Virus record (IMG/VR): IMGVR_UViG_3300030334_000025
Reading direction: 5' to 3' (one strand)
Source: a virus
DNA length: 46,187 bases
Position 1 is the first letter of the stretch. Each line of letters begins with the position of its first letter. Positions 39,591 through 46,187 of the stretch are shown here, one piece after another. Position numbers and translations under genes: made by a program. The notes beneath the pieces were generated by a model. It did no database searches. It was not told the DNA's origin and was given only the letters and a program-made list of their open reading frames with translations.

Positions 39591-40736
39591 ATGGCCGACC
39601 AAATCCGCGTCAACATCAAGCACCGCGTCAACAACGCCGCCATCAAGCGCGAAAAGCGCAATGGTCGTGAGGTGATTGTGGTGCCTAGCGCTGTGGCGAA
39701 GTTCGACACGGTGTTAAACAACATCTTTTACCCACGCGCTGAGCTAGAGGCGAGCTACCAGCAGTTGGAAGGTTTGCCCGCCCCGCTTGGGCATCCGGTG
39801 GTGAATAACCAGTTTGTTAGCGCGCGCACGCCTGAGGCCATCAACGGCTTTTGGGCGGGCGCGTGGAACACCAACCCACGCATCGAAGGCGACCGCGTTT
39901 TTGCCGATAAGGTTATCGACGTGGAGTTTGCCCAGAATAGCGAGAACGGGCGCAAGCTGCTGGCGGCGATTGACGAAGGCAAGCCGATTAGTACCAGTAC
40001 CGGATTGCTGATGCAGCGCGAACCAGCACCCGAAGGCGCTGACTATGAGTGGGTAGGCAACAGCTTTGCATTCGATCACGATGCGATTTTAATTTCCGAG
40101 ACGCCCGCCATTGGCACCGATGCAGGCGTTGGAATGATGGTCAACTCCTCCGGCGAGCAAGTCGAAGTCGTTAACTCTGAGCTAGAGATGGACGACGACT
40201 ACGTTACCGCGATGGTGTTTGAAATCGTGGATAGCTACGAGCGCAAGGAAAAACAGAAGCGCAACGCTGGATTAGTCGAACGCATCAAAAACGCAGTACG
40301 CGCCGTGCTGAACGGCGATAAAACCGAAGAGGCCGCTGGCCTGCAAACCAACTCTCAAACGTCTACCGAGGAACCGCAAATGACGACTGAAGAGCTACAG
40401 GCCATGCTCGATAAGCAGGCCGAAACACTGCAAGCGAATCAGGCGCAAGCTATCGCGTCTGCCGTGTCTGACGCAGTCAAACCCATACAAGACAAGCTCG
40501 ACGCGATCAACGCCGAGTCCGAAGCCGCTGCAAAAGCTGAGAAAGAAACGCTTGAGGCGACTGTGGTAGAAGCCAAGCTAGCGACCGAAGATGAAGCCAA
40601 GGCGCTCGACGTAAACGCCCTGCGCATCATGGCGCGTAACTGCAAGGCACCGAAGGGCGCGGATCATCCGCTGAATGGTGGGCGGTTGAGCACGAATGCC
40701 GATAAACTTGAATTTGAAGCACCGGAGGCAATCTAA
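39591..40736 (+). CDS. Scaffolding protein, possibly fused to a prohead protease (DUF2213-like N-terminus)
   Basis: The N-terminal ~170 aa globular domain (LPAPLGHP...GKPISTSTG) is followed by an A/E/K-rich coiled coil. It lies directly upstream of the decoration and capsid genes. Confidence 0.55.
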   Translation: MADQIRVNIKHRVNNAAIKREKRNGREVIVVPSAVAKFDTVLNNIFYPRAELEASYQQLEGLPAPLGHPVVNNQFVSARTPEAINGFWAGAWNTNPRIEGDRVFADKVIDVEFAQNSENGRKLLAAIDEGKPISTSTGLLMQREPAPEGADYEWVGNSFAFDHDAILISETPAIGTDAGVGMMVNSSGEQVEVVNSELEMDDDYVTAMVFEIVDSYERKEKQKRNAGLVERIKNAVRAVLNGDKTEEAAGLQTNSQTSTEEPQMTTEELQAMLDKQAETLQANQAQAIASAVSDAVKPIQDKLDAINAESEAAAKAEKETLEATVVEAKLATEDEAKALDVNALRIMARNCKAPKGADHPLNGGRLSTNADKLEFEAPEAI

Positions 40737-41179
40737 TGGCTCGTTATAGCAAAATCTACGCAGGCCCGGTCTCCGAGCTATTGCCGCAGGTAATGGAGCG
40801 CCCGTCGGCTGTGGACATCACCCCCGGCTCTATCGTTACGGTTAACGCCAGTGATGAATTTGAGCCACATGGCACCGCTGGTGCGCGCGGAACTTACTTG
40901 GTGGCCCAAGAGAACTACATGAAGCTGGAAGGCGCGGACGATGTTATCCCTGCTGGTGATACCGTGGTTGCCGCCCGCCCACTTGATGAACAGTTCTTCA
41001 ATGTCCGCGTAGCCGCTGGGACTTACGTGCAGGGGTTTACTGAACTAGCATCCGCTGGCGATGGTACGCTAGCCGCAGCCACCACTGGGCAAGAAGTGCT
41101 GTTCTATTCAGAAGAATCCGTGACACTCGCAGAGGCAGACTTGCTGCGTGTTCGCAAAGCTACAGGAGCGATTGCGTAA
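40736..41179 (+). CDS. Head decoration-like protein, DUF2190-like
   Basis: 147 aa between the scaffold and capsid genes, with TAATG overlaps on both sides. Confidence 0.45.
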   Translation: MARYSKIYAGPVSELLPQVMERPSAVDITPGSIVTVNASDEFEPHGTAGARGTYLVAQENYMKLEGADDVIPAGDTVVAARPLDEQFFNVRVAAGTYVQGFTELASAGDGTLAAATTGQEVLFYSEESVTLAEADLLRVRKATGAIA

Positions 41180-42189
41180 TGCTACATTTTGATAAGCAGT
41201 TAATCACTAACAGCAAGCTGCACGCGCAAAAGTGGCAGGAGCTTTCGCTCAACCGCCGCTACTTTGCCCAGCGTGAGCAAGAGCTTGTGGGTAACGCCAT
41301 CACCAAGCCGCAACCATGGTTACAGCTCGATAGCGTGACTGCTCGCGTAATGCGCGACAACGCAGGCCAAGTCATCATGGGTGATTTGATGCCGCTGGCG
41401 ACCACGGTCAATATCGGCAAGGTCGTTCACGGCTATCGCTTCAACTCTGATGGCGCGAACACTACCCAGCGCTCTATCAGCGGCCAGAAGCCGCAGCCAA
41501 TGGATAAAGGCAGCTATGACTTCCGTGGCGTGCCGGTTCCTATCTTCACTAACGGCGTAGGTCGAGAGTGGCGCGAGTGGAACGTCCTGCAAAACGATGA
41601 TTTTGACGCATGGGCCGAAGATGTAGAAAAGGCCACGTATGACATGCGCACCGACATGGCTAACTACTTGCTGGACGGTGATTCTACCATTCAGTTTGAT
41701 GGCTACCAGGGTTACGGTATCCGCAACTCGCCGTATACGCAATCTGTCGATATGACGGGCATCGACCTGACCACCGCCACCACCGTGCAATGGGAAAACT
41801 TCTTGGCGCAAACGCTAGGCGGCGCGGCTGACGATAACCTCGTTACCGAGCCGATGAACCTCTATGTTTCGCCCGAAATTGCGCGCAACCTAGACCTGCC
41901 GTACAACCAGGATGAGTACCTCTCTGGTACGCGCTTCCAGCGGCTTGCCACCAACCGCCGAATCAATGAAATCAAGGTTGATTATGCGCTTTCTGGTAAC
42001 GAGTGGACGGCGTTTGTGCCTAACCGCCGCTACATTCGTCCGGTCGTGGGTATGCCCGTTGGTACGCAGATGATGCCGCGCACCTACCCAATGGACAACT
42101 ACCAAATGTTGATCATGGGTGCGATGGGCTTTGAGATCGTAGCAGACGCCAATGGCCGTTCGGCTGTGTTCTATGGTGTTGGTTCCTAA
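41179..42189 (+). CDS. Major capsid protein
   Basis: 336 aa, at the end of the head operon and followed by a strong terminator. Synteny with the scaffold and decoration genes supports the call. Confidence 0.75.
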   Translation: MLHFDKQLITNSKLHAQKWQELSLNRRYFAQREQELVGNAITKPQPWLQLDSVTARVMRDNAGQVIMGDLMPLATTVNIGKVVHGYRFNSDGANTTQRSISGQKPQPMDKGSYDFRGVPVPIFTNGVGREWREWNVLQNDDFDAWAEDVEKATYDMRTDMANYLLDGDSTIQFDGYQGYGIRNSPYTQSVDMTGIDLTTATTVQWENFLAQTLGGAADDNLVTEPMNLYVSPEIARNLDLPYNQDEYLSGTRFQRLATNRRINEIKVDYALSGNEWTAFVPNRRYIRPVVGMPVGTQMMPRTYPMDNYQMLIMGAMGFEIVADANGRSAVFYGVGS

Positions 42190-42210
42190 TCGCTAGGCAC
42201 TAAAACAGAA

Positions 42211-42236
42211 ACCCCGGCTTAGGCTGGGGTTTTTTA
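42211..42236 (+). terminator. Intrinsic terminator after the capsid gene
   Basis: Stem ACCCCGGC/GCTGGGGT with one G-U pair, loop TTAG, then T6. Confidence 0.85.
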
Positions 42237-42357
42237 TTGCTTGCTAGACAAGTGTGCGCTATGGTTGTATTGCGGCAGCGTCTGCGCAGACGTGGTGGAG
42301 TTGAGCGCCCACTAGCCGCACCCATAAACGCTCGCCTAATGCTTAAAGGTGAATTAT

Positions 42358-42735
42358 ATGAATAGAATTACGCTAAAAAAACCAACCATTAAAGACTTTT
42401 TGGTTCATTGGTACATCTCAGCTTGCGGTATTGCACTGCCGTTCGTTGACGGCGGCCTGTTTAATGTTGCCAATTACTCTATTCTTGTTTATGGATGGCT
42501 GTTCAGCGTCTTGTTTTTTGGCGCTTGCTTTATGAAGCACTTGGACACGTTGCCAGACATAACCCCATGGCATCAGGTCGTTACTTCAGTTCCTCGAATC
42601 GCTTGTATCATGCTGTTGATTTATTTTGAGTTCTATTGGCACGCTAGCTTGCTGTTGTGCTGCTGGATGTTCGCCGCCGCCATTGTCAATAAGACAAAAA
42701 CCGCATACAAAGAGCAAGAGAATAGCACCGCCTAG
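42358..42735 (+). CDS. Polytopic membrane protein, about 125 aa, lower G+C
   Basis: It has 3-4 hydrophobic helices. AAAGG lies 8 nt before ATG 42358 (the track uses GTG 42349). Terminators flank it on both sides. Confidence 0.65.
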   Translation: MNRITLKKPTIKDFLVHWYISACGIALPFVDGGLFNVANYSILVYGWLFSVLFFGACFMKHLDTLPDITPWHQVVTSVPRIACIMLLIYFEFYWHASLLLCCWMFAAAIVNKTKTAYKEQENSTA

Positions 42736-42742
42736 CCCTGCC

Positions 42743-42767
42743 AGCCCGCCACAGCGCGGGCTTTTTT
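42743..42767 (+). terminator. Intrinsic terminator after the membrane-protein gene
   Basis: Stem AGCCCGC/GCGGGCT, a 6-nt loop, then T6. Confidence 0.85.
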
Positions 42768-42777
42768 GTGCTAAAAT
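42767..42777 (+). promoter_or_regulatory. Extended -10 promoter TGTGC-TAAAAT fused to the terminator T-run
   Basis: TTTTTTGTGCTAAAATCAG lies 26 nt before ATG 42803. Confidence 0.55.
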
Positions 42778-42802
42778 CAGAGAAACATCTCAGGAGCCAA
42801 TT

Positions 42803-43075
42803 ATGCTAATCGAAATCACCCGCCGTGGCGTTTATCGCGGAACCGGCGAGATGGTGCCAGTAGGCACACAGGTTGAAGTGCCGGACGATTTTACCGGATG
42901 GGCGAATAAATACCGTGTCGTATCTAGTGGCGCTGATAAGACGCTAGAAGTCGCCACGCCTAAGCGCCCGCGCAAGAAACGCCAGCCAAAGCAGGAACAA
43001 GAGCCGGAACAGTCTAGGCTAGACACTAAGTCCGAGTTTGATGGTAACGATGCGCGTGGTGGCGATTATGAGTAA
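42803..43075 (+). CDS. Hypothetical protein with a basic, low-complexity C-terminus, 90 aa
   Basis: AGGAG lies 6 nt before ATG 42803. The track's N-terminal extension (from 42626) runs through the terminator and overlaps the previous gene. Confidence 0.6.
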   Translation: MLIEITRRGVYRGTGEMVPVGTQVEVPDDFTGWANKYRVVSSGADKTLEVATPKRPRKKRQPKQEQEPEQSRLDTKSEFDGNDARGGDYE

Positions 43076-43283
43076 AGTAGTTAGGCTGCCGAGCCAAGAG
43101 TTTAAAGGCGGCGAGACAAGTTTTGTGTCATGCCCGTGTGGCACGCAAGAAAGCATGGTGCCTGTTGTGATGCACGGTGGCGAGCCGTTTATTGCCGCGC
43201 TTATCTGTTCTGAATGCAGCATCGAAGTTCCGGTAGTGAACGGCTATATTAAAATGGGGGATGCGACCTATGATGACGAATAA
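43068..43283 (+). CDS. Cysteine-motif (zinc-ribbon-like) protein, 71 aa
   Basis: CPCG...CSEC. Its start overlaps the upstream stop. Confidence 0.55.
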   Translation: MSKVVRLPSQEFKGGETSFVSCPCGTQESMVPVVMHGGEPFIAALICSECSIEVPVVNGYIKMGDATYDDE

Positions 43284-43298
43284 CGAAGGCTACCGCCC

Positions 43299-43682
43299 AT
43301 GATAACCACCGACGAAGCCACCGCCTATCTACGCGAGCTGGGTATTACCGTTCCGTCATTCCTGCTAGAAGCCATCACTGAGGAAGCTGGCGGAATCCAA
43401 GACTGCTTAGACGCCAACAATGTCAGCGCAAGCCGCCAAGTGGCTATTTATACCTACTTGATTGGGTTGTTGGCCCTGTCAGGTGGCGCGCGCCAAGTTA
43501 CCTCTCAGTCCGCGCCTTCTGGTGCTAGTCAGTCGTTCAAGTACAGTAACCCAAGCGACGCTTATGACCAGATATATGCAGCGCTGCAAGTTGTGGATAC
43601 CCACGGATGCGCTGCACCGCTGACGCCTGCTAAGCCGGGCGGGAGTACTGGGTTTATGGTGGTCAAGGGATCGAGGTGCTAG
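43299..43682 (+). CDS. Head-tail connector / head completion candidate
   Basis: 127 aa. The call rests on its position after the capsid block and an N-terminal helical region typical of gp6-like adaptors. No firm motif was recognised. Confidence 0.4.
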   Translation: MITTDEATAYLRELGITVPSFLLEAITEEAGGIQDCLDANNVSASRQVAIYTYLIGLLALSGGARQVTSQSAPSGASQSFKYSNPSDAYDQIYAALQVVDTHGCAAPLTPAKPGGSTGFMVVKGSRC

Positions 43683-43743
43683 ACACCACGGCCTAACGCT
43701 GCCATACTCTACCCACTCCTTGTTGTGTGTTGCTCCTCCTATT

Positions 43744-43769
43744 GACCGCCCTCCTGGCGGTCTTTTTTT
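43744..43769 (+). terminator. Intrinsic terminator
   Basis: Stem GACCGCC/GGCGGTC, loop CTCCT, then T7. Confidence 0.85.
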
Positions 43770-43779
43770 GTGCTACACT
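43769..43779 (+). promoter_or_regulatory. Extended -10 promoter TGTGC-TACACT, overlapping a second TAAAAT hexamer, fused to the terminator T-run
   Basis: TTTTTTTGTGCTACACTAAAATCAGA has the same flanks as 42767-42783, with an extra CACTA. Confidence 0.5.
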
Positions 43780-43785
43780 AAAATC

Positions 43786-43897
43786 AGATACGGCAGACCG
43801 CCATAAGGAGGTTGATCCTATCTGATAATGGGTTGCGCGTCGTGAGACGGTGATCGCAACACTAGACGCCCCGGCACCTACCGGGGCGTTGCCGTTT
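43786..43897 (+). ncRNA. Candidate small non-coding transcript or structured leader
   Basis: About 110 nt between the promoter at 43769 and the 9-bp GC hairpin ACGCCCCGG/CCGGGGCGT (43866-43889). It has no plausible ORF and contains AAGGAGG between inverted repeats ATCAGATA/TATCTGAT. Confidence 0.3.
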
Positions 43898-43906
43898 ATA
43901 GGTGGT

Positions 43907-43973
43907 GGCTATCGAGTGGCGTGAGTCGATAGAAAAATACCATTAGCGGGGAGGTGGTGGGGTGGGCTATTGT
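43907..43973 (+). promoter_or_regulatory. Box-promoter element copy E4 (CTATCGA...TCGATAGAAAAATACCATTAGCG-N19-TATTGT)
   Basis: Box at 43942-43948, G-rich 19-nt spacer, TATTGT at 43968-43973, 29 nt before ATG 44002, which has a GAGGAG RBS. Confidence 0.5.
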
Positions 43974-44001
43974 TTGGGGATACCGGCGAGGAGAATGAAC
44001 C

Positions 44002-44580
44002 ATGATTTATGCAGTGAATAACACCACAAAAGAACATCGCGTGATTACAGGGGAAGCCGGTGAAGTAGATGATTGGCGCAGAAAGATGCAAGGCTGGAAT
44101 GTCGTCAAAGCCGATGCCGATGGGTGGATTGAGTGGAGTGGCCATGCTGATAACCCACTGCCAGAACATTCAGCCGTTAGTTATCATGATGGCGGCGCTG
44201 CTTGTCGCTCAATTGCACAGTTAGCCCCATGGAGCCATATCATCGCCTACCGCCCCATCATCGACCAGCCCGCCAGCGAGGAAGCCCAACCGTGGGAGCC
44301 AGCGGCAGGCGAACCAGCTCGCACCAGTGGCGGTGATTGCATGGTGTTGGCGATAGACCGTAAGCGCAATCGAGCGGCCATCCGCTGGGACGATGGCGAG
44401 CTAGGCGTGGTCAAAATCGAAGTTATCAAGCAGCGGACAACACCGCGCGAGCAGTGGCTAGCGGCAGCAGAGCACGCAATCGAAAGCACAACAGGCGAGC
44501 CAGCCCAAAGCAGCCACCTAGAGATTATCCACGACGCCCTAGCAAGCGGCGAACTACCGACACCGGAGCAAACAAAATGA
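44002..44580 (+). CDS. Hypothetical protein, 192 aa
   Basis: Good RBS. No motif was recognised. Confidence 0.7.
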   Translation: MIYAVNNTTKEHRVITGEAGEVDDWRRKMQGWNVVKADADGWIEWSGHADNPLPEHSAVSYHDGGAACRSIAQLAPWSHIIAYRPIIDQPASEEAQPWEPAAGEPARTSGGDCMVLAIDRKRNRAAIRWDDGELGVVKIEVIKQRTTPREQWLAAAEHAIESTTGEPAQSSHLEIIHDALASGELPTPEQTK

Positions 44581-44834
44581 CCCACAACATCGTAACGCAA
44601 AAATCAAAAACCGCTGCCGTGTTGCTGCGCCTCAGCCTGGGCAGCATTGGCGCGCACCGCTGGTATCTGGGCCATCCGTGGATTGCCTTCGGCTGGATTG
44701 TGCTTACCGTTGCGTGTTTGGCATCCGGCGCGATGTTGGTGATTGCCGCGCTGTTATGCATTGAAGCGTTGGTGTTGCTGTTTCGGAGAAAGGCGTATTA
44801 TCGGCGGTTTAAGTGGGTGGAGTTAGCCGCCTAG
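44577..44834 (+). CDS. TM2-domain membrane protein, 85 aa
   Basis: GSIGAHRWYLG matches the TM2 GxxGxHRFYxG signature, and there are two hydrophobic helices. ATGA overlap with the upstream gene. Confidence 0.7.
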   Translation: MTHNIVTQKSKTAAVLLRLSLGSIGAHRWYLGHPWIAFGWIVLTVACLASGAMLVIAALLCIEALVLLFRRKAYYRRFKWVELAA

Positions 44835-44856
44835 CCAATAACACACCCCGCCGCCC

Positions 44857-44867
44857 TATGCTATACT
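44857..44867 (+). promoter_or_regulatory. Extended -10 promoter TATGC-TATACT nested just upstream of a terminator hairpin
   Basis: TRTGn plus TATACT is followed at once by the 5' arm of the hairpin at 44868. Confidence 0.5.
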
Positions 44868-44894
44868 GCCCCATAATCTTTTATGGGGCTTTTT
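44868..44894 (+). terminator. Intrinsic terminator closing cassette C4
   Basis: Stem GCCCCATAA/TTATGGGGC (9 bp), loop TCTT, then T5. The ATG at 44883 lies inside the 3' arm. Confidence 0.8.
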
Positions 44895-45263
44895 ATTGTG
44901 TCAAACATAGCGAGCTGGTCATACGCCCACGGCCCCGCGACCGTGTGGCCCGCAGGCGGCACCGATGAATGGGGGCAACCTATCGGCGGCACGCCTTACA
45001 TTATCCCTCGCGTGGGATACGAGGGCGGCGGCGATGTGGCGCGTGATGACAACGGGACTGAGTTCACGCCCAATCAAACGTTTCGCTTCGAGGCCGCGCT
45101 AGATTCGCCACTAGTGCCAGAGCGTGAGTGGTATATCCAATTAGGCGACCACACCGCCCTAACCACCGCGCCGCCCACTGCTGAACGTATCCGCGCCATC
45201 CGCTGGTGGCCGATAGATGAACTCGAGCCGGGCGGACTGCCTGACTGGGAATTGATGACATAA
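44883..45263 (+). CDS. Head-tail module hypothetical protein; start uncertain (ATG 44883 or in-frame GTG 44898)
   Basis: The ORF resumes the structural series. ATG 44883 is buried in the terminator stem, whereas GTG 44898 follows the T-run. Confidence 0.6.
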   Translation: MGLFIVSNIASWSYAHGPATVWPAGGTDEWGQPIGGTPYIIPRVGYEGGGDVARDDNGTEFTPNQTFRFEAALDSPLVPEREWYIQLGDHTALTTAPPTAERIRAIRWWPIDELEPGGLPDWELMT

Positions 45264-45271
45264 GGGCGGTT

Positions 45272-45637
45272 ATGGACGATATGCAAACGCGATTAATGCG
45301 GGCAGAGTGGAGAATTGAGGCGTTAGAGGACGGTTATCGGACGCAAACCGACCGCATCACCGACCTGTCTACCCGCATGGATACGCATCATAAAGAAGTG
45401 ATGGCCGCCATTGGCTCACTAAAAGACGACCGTGCAAAAGCACAGGGCGCTGCTGAGGCCCGACTGCTAGACGCTCAGACACGGCAGAATCGGCTTAAGT
45501 GGTTATCGTTTGGGCTTGCCGCTATTGGTACGCTGATTGCCCTTGGCTGGATCGGCGAGGCAAAGGCGATCACTCACACCGACCAAGTTAGCAAGCGAAT
45601 ACAAGCCCAGCATCACGCGAGAGATTGCAATGATTAG
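45272..45637 (+). CDS. Coiled-coil protein with one C-proximal transmembrane helix, 121 aa
   Basis: The N-terminus has a heptad-like pattern. The hydrophobic segment is WLSFGLAAIGTLIALGWIG. Confidence 0.6.
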   Translation: MDDMQTRLMRAEWRIEALEDGYRTQTDRITDLSTRMDTHHKEVMAAIGSLKDDRAKAQGAAEARLLDAQTRQNRLKWLSFGLAAIGTLIALGWIGEAKAITHTDQVSKRIQAQHHARDCND

Positions 45638-45809
45638 GTGGGCGGCTATGGGCGCGGTGATGGCGACGTTGGGGTGGTTAATATACCCTGGCGAGCCTAT
45701 TATTGTTGGCGGCGCTACCGCTATTTGTCAGAGCGGCGCTTATTCAGTGTCGCAATCTAGGCGCGGCACATGCGCGCACCATGGTGGGGTGAGGGAGTGG
45801 GTGAAGTAA
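45630..45809 (+). CDS. Small exported or membrane protein with a DUF3761-like motif, 59 aa
   Basis: N-terminal hydrophobic helix, then CQSGAYSVSQSRRGTCAHHGGV, which resembles the CxDGxxSxSxxxxGxCSxHGGV pattern. 8-nt overlap with the upstream gene. Confidence 0.45.
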   Translation: MIRWAAMGAVMATLGWLIYPGEPIIVGGATAICQSGAYSVSQSRRGTCAHHGGVREWVK

Positions 45810-45828
45810 TGCAATCATAGCGAAATAC

Positions 45829-45837
45829 TGCTAAAAT
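45829..45837 (+). promoter_or_regulatory. Extended -10 promoter TGC-TAAAAT
   Basis: ACTGCTAAAATCAA lies 29 nt before ATG 45866. Confidence 0.4.
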
Positions 45838-45865
45838 CAAGCCATAAATTAATGGAGGCTATGAA

Positions 45866-46187
45866 ATGGCGACTCTTAACGCGCAGCAAACTGTAGTGAC
45901 CGGATTAAACCCTACCTATGCAGCCGCAGACGTAGCAGGTGATGAATTTGACGCAGGCAATGGCGTGTTTTTGCATGTCGTCAACGATGACGTCAGCCCA
46001 CACACCGCGACAGTGGTATCTACGTTTAACGCAGAGCCGGGCATCGCGCCGACTAACGTAGACGTAACCATTCCGGCGGGCGAGTCGCGCATGATTGGCC
46101 CGTTTAGCGGCGTGTTTACCGCGAAAGGCACGATGCCCGTCAGTGTCACCTATGACGCTGTTGCCAGCATCACCGTGGCCGTCATCA
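45866..46187 (+). CDS. Conserved structural-module protein, 109 aa in total; continues at 100-107 after the junction
   Basis: GGAGG lies 7 nt before ATG 45866. The ORF is open to the window end and is absent from the track because it has no stop inside the window end. Confidence 0.7.
   Translation, partial: MATLNAQQTVVTGLNPTYAAADVAGDEFDAGNGVFLHVVNDDVSPHTATVVSTFNAEPGIAPTNVDVTIPAGESRMIGPFSGVFTAKGTMPVSVTYDAVASITVAVI
46089..46187. repeat. Terminal duplication identical to 1-99
   Basis: Exact 99-nt match to the window start. Confidence 0.95.

Noticed and set aside
42626-42802. The N-terminal extension of the 149-aa track ORF (42626-43075). Similar extensions occur in the track ORFs starting at 37649, 37972, 43038, 44454 and 45537.
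   Set aside because: The extensions overlap the preceding genes or terminators in another frame. Internal ATGs with SD sequences or ATGA coupling give consistent gene starts.
1-46187. A search by eye for tRNA, tmRNA or rRNA genes, group I intron cores, diversity-generating retroelement repeats and reverse transcriptase motifs.
   Set aside because: No tRNA-like T-arm or acceptor patterns were seen in the intergenic regions. No YxDD reverse-transcriptase ORF was found, and no template/variable repeat pair near the fibre gene. A by-eye scan cannot exclude them, so tRNAscan-SE or Infernal should be run.

Overview
The window is a complete, circularly permuted genome of a tailed dsDNA phage. Bases 1-99 are identical to 46089-46187, so the unique length is about 46,088 bp. 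I saw no integrase, CI-type repressor, tRNA, rRNA or CRISPR array.

Gene layout:
- Rightward structural and lysis arm (45866, across the junction, to 13660): head-tail genes, tail tube, chaperone, tape measure, tail tip, an endosialidase-like fibre with an S74 chaperone domain, a GH19 endolysin, a 3TM-type holin and an HNH gene.
- Leftward early arm (22021 down to 13755): PD-(D/E)XK exonuclease, SSB, N6/N4 DNA methyltransferase, SNF2 helicase, dUTPase and small membrane proteins.
- Rightward replication arm (22116-27132): Cro-like HTH protein, DEAD/DEAH helicase, VRR-NUC nuclease and primase-helicase.
- Packaging and head genes: terS, a GIY-YIG homing endonuclease, terL, portal, MuF-like protein, scaffold, decoration protein and capsid. 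Four accessory cassettes interrupt this block.

The most unusual content is non-coding:
1. Two paralogous modules of about 210 bp (27186-27469 and 39181-39481). Each is an AT-rich core bounded by oppositely oriented arrays of the heptamer CGTAACG at 9-bp spacing. They are candidate iteron-type origin or operator elements.
2. Six to seven copies of a roughly 70-nt intergenic element on both strands, always co-oriented with the downstream gene. It has an A-tract, an AATTAGCC box, a fixed 18-19 nt variable spacer and a -10-like hexamer.
3. At least 10 extended -10 promoters of the form (TRTG)C-TAnAnT, often fused to intrinsic terminators.
4. Three sites where a -10 hexamer, a terminator hairpin and a start codon are nested.

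Together these suggest a three-class promoter cascade. All functional calls come from motif recognition, synteny and reading the sequence by eye. No database searches were run.
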